Positions 11,313 through 20,000 of a DNA stretch of 20,000 nt are shown here, piece after piece; within the stretch, counting starts at the first letter, position 1, and each line of letters starts with the position of its first letter. A model generated the notes under the pieces. It saw nothing but the letters and a program-made list of their open reading frames with translations. It was not told where the DNA came from and did not search any database. The DNA is from Welwitschia mirabilis (Eukaryota). The stretch spans positions 29,151,534 to 29,171,533 of the forward strand of contig JBOZIK010000001.1 in the NCBI GenBank assembly GCA_051453625.1, in the 5' to 3' direction. Position numbers and translations under genes: made by a program.

Positions 11313-12759
11313 GTAATTAAAATAGAAAAAGAGTATTAAAAAAAGTATTTAAAGGTGCAAGAATTATCTATAATAAAAGGATCAAAATTTATTTAGATAT
11401 CCAACTCTCTAGATTAAAAAGATCTCTAAAGAGTGGAAAGATCAATGAATTAATTGATAATTTAAGGAAAAAAATAGTTTACATGTCATAAATACCCTAA
11501 AACATTAATGAAAAATGTGAGTAAAAGCATTCATGAAGTGGTATAAAGTAGATGTGGTAATGTCTTCATTATTTCTAGAAAATTATTAAACTTAGATGTG
11601 TAATTTTATGTCTTCAATAAAGAACATAGTAAAATCCTCAAGTTTTTAGTAAATAAAATAAACAATATTTCATTAACATAGTGGATAATGGAAACTTAAA
11701 TAAATTAATTTAAGAATATGTGATATCATGTTTAATGTTGTTATTATCAACACATCCAACCTTACACAATATAATTTCACTTAAAAATTACTTTCAAAAA
11801 ATAATTTAAACATAACATGAGGTAGACCTAAAGATTAAAATTCTTTAACATAATATTTTATATGATGTTATTCTAATAAGTATAAAACAATACATAAAAG
11901 AAAAAAATAGTACAAAAATAATTAAAAAAAACTTCAAGAAAAACTCAATATCATTATTTTTTAATAGGAATAATACATTATATAATAAGTAGAAGATAAA
12001 TAAAATATATTTCATATGTTAAAAATTAAAAAGGAACTACAAGGAATATATAATTTTTGTAAAGTAATGATAGTATTACTTCTACTATATTGCTGATTAT
12101 TAGGGCCTAGGGCTATTACGACATCTTAAAAAAATAGTTTCATTAGAAACAAATCATAATTTAGAGAGAAAAAAAGATAAAGTATAAGAGAATTAAAGAA
12201 ATTCTATGAAGTAAACATAAAAATACTAGAACAAAAAAACTAATCTTTAAAATCCGTTAAGGAGATTGCAACATCATTTGTGGATATGTTGACTAGTAAA
12301 AAAATAAGATTTATGGGTGATTCCTACTAAGATAAACATGTTTTATTTGATGAATAATTTGAATATAAACATATTACATAATATTATAGTGCNNNNNNNN
12401 NNACTACATAAAATGATTGTTACTAGCAAGAAATATTTAAACATTATTAAAGATATATTCACATATATTACTAGAAATCTTATTATAATGAACTTTCCTT
12501 AGATTGTTTTAAGTTTTGAGGTAGTCTTTCCATTTTTATAGTATATATAATATGTTTAGTATAATAATAAAAACCTAAAGAAAGAAAAATTAAAGACATT
12601 CTACAAAATGTAATAAGGAAAGTATAAGGACATTTTCTCTACTAGTATCATTGGTAACCAAGGATGATTAAAAATGATACAACACCTATATAAATTCTAT
12701 AGTCAAAAATTATATAATAAAGAGATATATCCTTTTATGTCCTTCATGAATGATATGAT

Positions 12760-14020
12760 TGGTAACTATCAAATTATGTGTATTTGATGTGGGGTTTTAA
12801 GTACTTTTGCAAGACATTAAACAAGTTTATGTTAAATTTTTATAATAATGAAGAGCTAAGCCAAATATCAAAAAAAACATGTAATCTTTATTACATTTGA
12901 CAGAATTTTAAGAAAATAGTAATACTTCATATTTGGAGTAAAATCCTACAATGAAAGGGCTAATTGGACACAAGAAATAACTTTAAAAAGCCCATCATCT
13001 ACCTTATCATTTGGATGATCTTACAGATAATAAAAGTAACTATGCTAACTTAAACACTTACTAGACTAATTTGGTAGCTAATGTGGATTTTATATAATGT
13101 AACATCATCTCCTATATCATCTAGATAATAGATAGGATAACAGTTAAAAATAACTTTTTTACTAAAATGCACTAAACTTCTACCATGTGTCATGCATGTT
13201 CTTGTGAAATTATTAGGGTTTGTGTAGTACTAGTTAAGGTTTCCTTCTTGGATTCCTATTGTAATAAATACTCCTTCATCCTTGATCATTTGATCATCTT
13301 CTTTTACACTAAAAATTCTCATGACAAAAGATCAAAGGCAAGAGATCCATCCATTAGTTACAGAGAGATTATTCCTTGATGTTGGCCTATGCATTCTTCA
13401 TTGAGGTATTGCTACTTTGTAATATAATGTTGGGTTGATTCTAATCAAAACTCTATTTTTCTTTTCATATCCTTTTTTATGTTCTTCTCCATCATGGTTT
13501 CCATTACTTATGATTTTGTGATACATTCATTTTATAATATGGATCATGAGGGCAATCTTTATTAAAGTTAACATTAATAGTTCAATTGCATTGCATTTTA
13601 TTTTATAGTTTAACATTGCATGCTTTCATATTTTATTTGAAATTTCTGATAGCCTAGGTTGATTATGGTGTCGTAATGGATCTCCTTCATTGATCTAAGT
13701 TATACAAGGTCAATTTCTATGATAGGTTGATTTAGTACTTAGATAGACATTACATTTAGAGTAGCATTACATTTTATTTACATAGGCGTATTACTTGCAT
13801 TATTTTTTATATTATTATTCATTTAATTTCTATTTAAAATAAAATATAGAAAAATATTTTGTTTAAAATAAATTATCTTTCTTTTTACTTAATTTCTTTA
13901 ACGGATTACAACTTTTGGATCCACTCCCATCTATATTAATTTGTTGTATTTATGTAAATATTTTTGATTGATAAGATTTAATTATGAATGTAAACAATTA
14001 AATAAATATGTATTGTAACA
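12760..14020 (+). repeat. Putative 5' LTR of element 2
   Basis: Ends TGTAACA just before a PBS-like motif; TATA-like AATAAATA near 13263. The start (TGGTAACTATCAAATTATG) is inferred from resemblance to Athila LTR starts; there is no second copy in the window. Confidence 0.5.
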
Positions 14021-14023
14021 TAT

Positions 14024-14043
14024 TTACACCATAGCTAGGAAGG
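14024..14043 (+). other. Eroded Athila-type PBS of element 2
   Basis: TTACACCATAGCTAGGAAGG versus TGGCGCCGTTGCCGGGGAGG: mostly G>A changes, directly after ...AACA. Confidence 0.55.
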
Positions 14044-14559
14044 CCATAAGGATTTGAAGGATTGTTATTACCTAAATAAGTGATTTCATTTTATTTTGAG
14101 TTATTTGTTTATGGTAACATTATATTATCATAGTAGAACTATAGTTTTTTCATCTTGCACTTTCTGTTTTTGGGTCCATGAATAATGCTTTGCCATTTCC
14201 CATGTTGTCTAGATAGTCATAACACATGACATGTTACAAAATTTTAGGTAGATTTTATCATAAGAACTAGGATTTGATATTATCCCCTCTATCATCTAAA
14301 TGACTTGGGTGAATGGTTAATAATTATCTTTCTATTTTTTCTATAAAATCTACTATTCTTTTTGTTTTTGATTTTTTGTTTATGTGTTATCATCCATATA
14401 TATCATCCAGACAACAAGAAAGTTAATGCCTATAGAAATATTATTAAGCATGTTGAGGCATGATAATTTCAAGTAAAAAGATAAAGTATGAGAAAGAGTA
14501 AATGCTAATTAATGAATATATTCTAGGCATATAAGAATTTTCAAGAATTAATCAAGAAG

Positions 14560-16430
14560 ATTTTTTTGCATTTATTACTTCAGAATCTAATTTTTTCAAA
14601 GAAAATTTAGATGAAGAAAATTTTATTACACTGTTGAATGCAAAGAAAAGGAAAAATAGGTTTCCCTGTCCAAACTCCTATCGTTGTAGGAACATCTAAT
14701 ATACCTTCAAATATAAATACTAATGTCACATTAAAAGATTTAATTACACATAAGAAACATAAGATTCAAACCTCTTTTGAGCTACCTCTTGGTGATGATG
14801 TCAAGTTAAAAACCTTAAGTGAACATCTTATATTTTCTAGTAAAAATGATGAACATCTTTTTTAAAATTTAGCTAATATAGAACAATTAGTGATTACTTG
14901 AGACAAGGGTAAAAAATAAATTACTAATCATACATACATGGTTATTTTTTCCATCACACTTAATAATTAAAAAAAATTATGGTTAAAACAATTCTTTATA
15001 GGATTTTAAAAACATGAATTCAAGTACAAAAAGCATTTATCAAAGGATTTATGAGTAAAGTATAATAAGAAAAAGAAAGAAAGTAATAAATTGTCAATAA
15101 TAACCTAATTAAGACTATTCCTCTACCTATAAACAATTTTTCTTTGCCATATATTCTAATCCTCTTAATGAATTTTTTATTAAGAAGAACTAGTAGATTA
15201 TTCTTTAGTGGATTAAATAGTCATGTTAAACAACTTGTATATTGTTCATGTGGAGAAAACTTAATAAACTTAACAGTAGAAAATGCATATAAGTTGTTGG
15301 AAGAATTAGTGAAAATTAGTTAAACTTAGCCTAAACCTACATCTAAAGAAAATTATACTATAGATTAAATCATCAAAGATCTTAAAGAATTAAGATAAGA
15401 GAAGAAGGAAGTTTAACTTGAACCAATAAATGTTATTAATGACATCACAACAACTTTAGAAAAATACACTTAAATCATGCTTGATCCAAAAGTAGCAACT
15501 GAAAAAAATGTCATATCAACTTGTGATTTATGTAAAGATAATTATCATGTTANNNNNNNNNNAGTATGTACCTTTAACTAAAAAACTTCAACTTTCGGGA
15601 ATCAAAATTAAAATTAGTATCAACAAAGAAATGGTGGACAATCAAACTTTCAATCTTGCCAGAATAAATTTAAAAGATCAAACTTTTAAATAAGTCACTC
15701 AAATTTCCAACCATTTAAAAATCATTTTAAGAGCTCAAAATTTCAATTCAAGAATTCCAAATTTCAATTTAGTAGATTTAATTTTCAAGCAAGTATATCA
15801 AATTTTTAACAAAACCAAAAGGATCCACTTAGAGATTCCATAGAAGAGCTAAGAAGAATGCAAGAAGTGATAAATATATTTATTAAAAATCAAAGTAAAA
15901 ATATTTATAATCTTATTAGTATTCTTTAATAAACATCTCTAGCAAATTAAAGACCACAAGAATTAGTGGCAACTCAACCATTATCAAATCTAACTAAAGT
16001 AAAAAAAGATTAAAAGGTTTTAACAAGAAGTAGAAATGATACAATGCCTCTTAACCATGAGTCTTTAACTTCTATACAAAAAGAGAAAGATGAAAAGGAA
16101 TAAGAGGATGTATAAGAAAATCATAACTTATCTTCTCCTTTAACTAATAAGAAAAATTCTTCTCAAAATGATAAAGGAAAGTAACCTACTAACTTTGGCT
16201 TAAGTGATTAAATAAAATCCAACTTTAATGATCATCTAAAAGCTTTAATAGAAGATGTAAGGAAAAATTATCATTTTGAAACTATTGAAAATATCCTAAA
16301 TATTATAAGTTATGGAAAAACCTATTTAAGAGAAAATAAAAATGAACCATATCTACTAAAATCTTTATAGCTCAATCCATATCATACCTAGTGATGCAAA
16401 AATGTCTAAAATTTAAAGGTCTTAGTGTAA
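14560..16430 (+). pseudogene. gag: Retrotransposon Gag (Athila-like), disrupted
   Basis: SFELP..FSSKNDEHL; LFFPSL...WLK; T*IQVQKAFIKGF; FFSGLNSHVKQLVYCSCGENLINLTVENAYKLLEEL; zinc knuckle CDLCKDNYH at 15522, interrupted by a 10-N gap. Confidence 0.8.
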
Positions 16431-16469
16431 CAATAGTTTGTATCACTTTATAAAGAAATAAAAAAATTA

Positions 16470-16800
16470 AAAAAGCCTTAATCGAAATAGGATCAAGTTT
16501 TAACATCATGCCTCTTCACATTTGTAAAAGACTGGTGTTGAAAAATAGAATGGAACCTACATGTATTATCTTAGAATTGGTTGATATTTTAGTGAAGAAA
16601 CTATTAATGATGATTTAAATTAAAGAAGCTTTCTATCTTATTAATGTATTTGTTATTGAGATTGAATACAAAGGAGGATATCCAATACTTTTAGGAAGAG
16701 CATTTTGTGTAATAAGCCATTGTATTCTTAATACTAGAACTATAATAATGGAATGTTACATTGAAAATAAGAAATTTATAATTAGAGTATTTGATGTAGA
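16470..16800 (+). pseudogene. pol: Aspartic protease remnant
   Basis: KALIEIGSSFNIMPLHICKRL (cf. ALxDLGASxNxMP), LELVD, YPILLGRAF (cf. PILLGRPFL). Confidence 0.85.
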
Positions 16801-17118
16801 TAAAAAATATTTAGGAGATGATTTAAATGTAGGGAAAGAAATCATATCAACTTTATTTCTACAACATCATCTAATTGAAGAGAAATGTTTAATGCTTAAT
16901 GATTCTACCTTGTATGATGATCTAAATGAAGTAGAAATTTTGAAAGCTTATGATTAGGAGAATAAAGAAATAGAATCTCAAATCTATGTAGAAGTCAGAA
17001 ATCTAAAAACAACTAAGAATTTACATTTTGAGAAAGGTCATTTACCTCTATCATTTAGATGACAATCTAAGATGACAGTAAACTCTAATAAAAATTTGAC
17101 AAAAACTAAAAATTATGA

Positions 17119-18230
17119 TCTAGAATTAAAACCTTTATCATGTGGACTGAAATGTATCTTTTTGAATAACTATTTAAACAAACCATTGATAATCAATAAA
17201 ATTCCCTTAACAAGAATCAACTTTGGACATACTTTTGACTTCTAAGGCTAATGCATTTGCTAAGACTATTACAAATTTAGTAGCCATCTTTACATCCATA
17301 GTTTAACATAAAATATACCTTGAAGATAATGTAAAGTCTATTAGGAATCCTTAATGTAGACTTAATCTAGCCCTTAAACAAGTTGTTAAAGATGAAATCA
17401 TTAAATTAGTGATTACTAGAATTATTTATGCCATTTTTGATAGTGAGTGGGTTAGTCCTTTGATGGTAGTACCTAAAAAAGGAGGGAAGTGGAGAATGTA
17501 TATTAATTTTCAAAAACTAAATGAAGTAACAAATAAATATCATTGTCTTTCACCTATTTTAGACCAAATTCTTGATAGACTCCAAGGACATGCCTTTAAT
17601 TTTTTTTTTTTGGTGGGTATAGTAGCTACAATAAAGTTTATATTACTAGTGAGGACTAAGTAAAAACTATTTTACTTTACCTTTTCAAACATTTACCTTT
17701 ATATGCATACCTTTTAAACTTTTTAATGTTCCTAGATCTTTTTAATGTGAAATGATAGGTTTTTTTTTATTTGATATGTTAGAGAATTTAAATAAAAGTT
17801 TTATGGATAATGTCTCTATGTTTTGTGAAAATTTTAAACAAATCTTAAAAAGGTTAGACAAAGTCTTAAACAGATGCATTAATAGTGGCCTACATTTAAG
17901 TTAGAAGAAGAGTTTATTTCTGATTAATACTAGAATTATCTTAGATTACCACATTCCATAGGTGGGATGAGGATGGATCATGAAAATGTTAATGTCATCA
18001 AAAATTTAAATCATCCAATAAATGCAAAAAAAAGTTTTCTCTTTTCTTGATCATTATGATTTTTATCATTGTTTAATTTAGGATTATACTAAAATTTATA
18101 AACCTCTTTACTTTTTACTTAAAAAAGATGATAAATTTGATTAGAATGAATCATGTCAACTTTCTTTTAAAACACTCAAAGATAAAATTTACTTTTAAAC
18201 CTCTATAATGGGACCTCATTGAAATAAAGA
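17119..18230 (+). pseudogene. pol: Reverse transcriptase remnant (Ty3/gypsy)
   Basis: LELKPL; HKIYLED...RLNLALKQVVKDEIIKL; IIYAIFDSEWVSPLMVVPKKGGKWRMYINFQKLN; ILDQILDRLQGH; catalytic motif eroded to FMDN at 17800-17811. Confidence 0.93.
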
Positions 18231-18231
18231 T

Positions 18232-18600
18232 TTTGAATTATTGTGTGATGCTAGTAACATTACTGTGGATTGGGTTCTTGATCAAAAATATGAAAAATAT
18301 TTTAAATTCATATCTTATCATAGCAAACCATTATCAAAAACTCAAACAAATTATACTATTACTATAAAAGAAATGTTAGCTATCATCTTTTGTCTTTATA
18401 ATCTTAGATACTATCTTTTAGGCTTTCATATAAATATCTACACTGACAATGTAGCTATTTGCTCTCTCATGATTAAGAAATATTCTATTACTAAAATCAT
18501 TTAATGAATTCTTCTTATGTAAGAATTTAATCTTACCATCATTGATAAATTAGGAAAACATAATAGTATCGTAAATAATTTGTCACAACTTTCATCTTTT
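18232..18600 (+). pseudogene. pol: RNase H remnant
   Basis: FELLCDASN..VL..SKPLSKTQTNYTITIKEMLAIIF..RYYLLG..IYTDN (ORF 18241..18504). Confidence 0.92.
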
Positions 18601-18669
18601 CCTAATGATCTTTCTATAGATGATTCTTTCCCTAATGAATAGATTTTTACCATATTTTTTACTCATTCT

Positions 18670-19449
18670 CTTCCTTGGTATGCTAATATAGTGGATTATC
18701 TTATAACCATGAAAATACCACAACATTGTTTCCTCCATATCATAGATAATTATTAATGGAACGAGCCACATATTTACCATAGGTGCAAAGACCAAATCAT
18801 GAGAAAATATATGCCTTAATGGGAACAATTATAAATCTTTAACCTTTGCTATGGTGATGTATGTAAAGGATGTTTTAATGGATAAAAAACAACTATGAAA
18901 ATTCTTCACTCTAGATTTTATTATCCTAGTCATTTTTAGGATGCTTCTAATTTTGCTAAAAGGTGTGAGGCCTATCAATGTTATGTTAGCCTTGTTCATT
19001 CTAATGCTATGCCCCTTAAACATATTTTTAAAATGTGAACCTTTTAATTTCTAGGATACTAAATTCATAGTCCTCATTAAACCACATTATCATGATAAAA
19101 GTTATATCTTAGGGGCTATTAATTATGTTATCAAATGGTTTGAAGATATTTCTACTAATACAAATGATGTCTAAATTATTTTCAAATTTATTAGAACTCA
19201 TATTTTTCAATATTCTTAATTTCCTAAAATTATCATTAGTGATTAAGGAATTCATTTCATAAATTATCTTTTTAGGAGACTTCTTTTATCCATTAGAATT
19301 GGACACAGATTTACTTATTCTTATCATCCACAATCCAATGGTCAAGCTAAAAATGAAAATAGAGAAATAAATAAAATGCTTTAAAAGCTTTTCTTCATTA
19401 ATAAGAAATCTTGAGCTTATAAGCTTAATGATTTTCTTTGAACCTACTA
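18670..19449 (+). pseudogene. pol: Integrase remnant, truncated by an insertion
   Basis: PWYANIVDYL; KILHSRFYYPSHF*DA..KRCEAYQ; YILGAINYVIKWFE; PKIIISD*GIHF; YHPQSNGQAKNENREI; KLNDFL*TY (cf. KLDDALWAY). Confidence 0.92.
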
Positions 19450-20000
19450 TGTTACTTGCCATATCGAGAACCCTAGAGGGGGGGTGAATAGGTTATTTAC
19501 AATAACTTAAAGCTCAAAACAACTTAGTAAGATCTAATCATAGATTGCATATAAATGAATAATGAGATCAAAATCATGCATATAAAGAATAAATAAAAAC
19601 AGAATGTAAACCAGAAATAGAAACTACTAGTTTGGATTCACATAGTATTTATAGTGGTTCAGGAACTTCTCTACTCCACTCTTGATGATCAACTTATTCT
19701 AAGCTTGAACTCGGATCTCTGTTACTTCACAAGTTTTACCAGGCTCACCTATTAATCCTTACAAGAGGACTTTTATAGGCTAAGTCTTAACCTTAACAAC
19801 AATCATTTTTAGGCTAAGTCTCAACCTTTGACAATGGACTTTTGCAGGGTAAGTCTCAACCTTTGATAATGAATAGAAGTGATCCAATGAAGCCTTCATA
19901 GCTCTAATTTCACTTGTTCAGTATCAGTACATAGAACGGAGCTCTTCTCCAAATGAATACAGTGATGAGGTCCTTAGATCTGATTCTGAGTGGTGTTCTA
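19450..20000 (-). mobile_element. Younger Ty1/copia-type LTR (SIRE/Gymco-like U5 end), reverse orientation, runs off the window
   Basis: Integrase homology stops at TGTTAC (19450). CCTAGAGGGGGGGTGAATAGG at 19472-19492 is the reverse complement of the C-rich CCTATTCACCCCCCCTCTAGG LTR-end motif. Higher GC with retained CG/CHG sites. Confidence 0.8.
19741..19873. repeat. Tandem ~35-bp repeat inside the LTR (3 clear units plus 1 diverged)
   Basis: AGG(C/G)TAAGTCT(C/T)AACCTT..A(C/T)AA units at 19777, 19811 and 19846; weaker unit at 19741. Confidence 0.85.

Larger units (their letters stand above)
10349..12330 (+). mobile_element. Highly eroded Ty1/copia internal region (gag, RT, RNase H traces)
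   Basis: Met-i PBS; knuckle-like CGR*NIANE* near 10892-10922; RLKRSLKSG near 11410 (cf. KLxRSLYGLKQSG); RICDIMFNV near 11713 (cf. RPDIAFxV); SKH near 12212 and VDMLTS near 12280 (cf. TKHI...ADxFTK). The motifs are in copia order. Confidence 0.5.
12760..19449 (+). mobile_element. Degenerate Athila-like Ty3/gypsy retrotransposon, interrupted in integrase
   Basis: Domain order gag-PR-RT-RH-INT with many stops and frameshifts; upstream LTR-like region and PBS. Left boundary approximate. Confidence 0.9.

Noticed and set aside
10965..11335. Stowaway MITE (TACTCCCT at 10965, AGAGTA near 11330; also GAGGGAGTA near 277)
   Set aside because: Only about 6 bp of TIR-like match; no extended inverted repeat.
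2425..13379. Other short ORF-track entries (61-87 aa) as genes
   Set aside because: I/L/F/K/N-rich chance ORFs in AT-rich DNA with no recognisable domains; one spans Ns.
12393..15562. 10-N runs at 12393-12402 and 15553-15562
   Set aside because: Assembly placeholders, not biological features.
18592..19023. Minus-strand ORFs 18592..18828 and 18829..19023
   Set aside because: Antisense shadows of the integrase pseudogene.
19741..19873. CRISPR-like array
   Set aside because: Linkers are short and mutually related, there are no cas genes, and the context is a eukaryotic LTR.

Overview
Very AT-rich plant-type repetitive DNA: a nest of decayed LTR retrotransposons. I found no intact host gene, RNA gene or CRISPR array. 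(1) 623-7020: a complete but non-autonomous Athila-like Ty3/gypsy element with two ~1.36-kb LTRs, an eroded Athila-type PBS, a PPT and a 4/5 target-site duplication. Inside there is only a Gag C-terminal remnant and no pol. (2) ~10349-12330: a heavily eroded Ty1/copia remnant (Met-i PBS, RT/RNase H traces), interrupted by an assembly gap and a younger-looking insert. (3) ~12760-19449: an Athila-like Ty3/gypsy element with 5' LTR, PBS and pseudogenised gag-PR-RT-RH-INT. Its RT lacks the loop typical of angiosperm Athila. (4) 19450-20000: a younger copia-type (SIRE/Gymco-like) LTR inserted in reverse into that integrase. Decay is dominated by C>T/G>A changes with strong CG/CHG depletion. I see no support for a novel biological system; the interest lies in TE lineage and structure.
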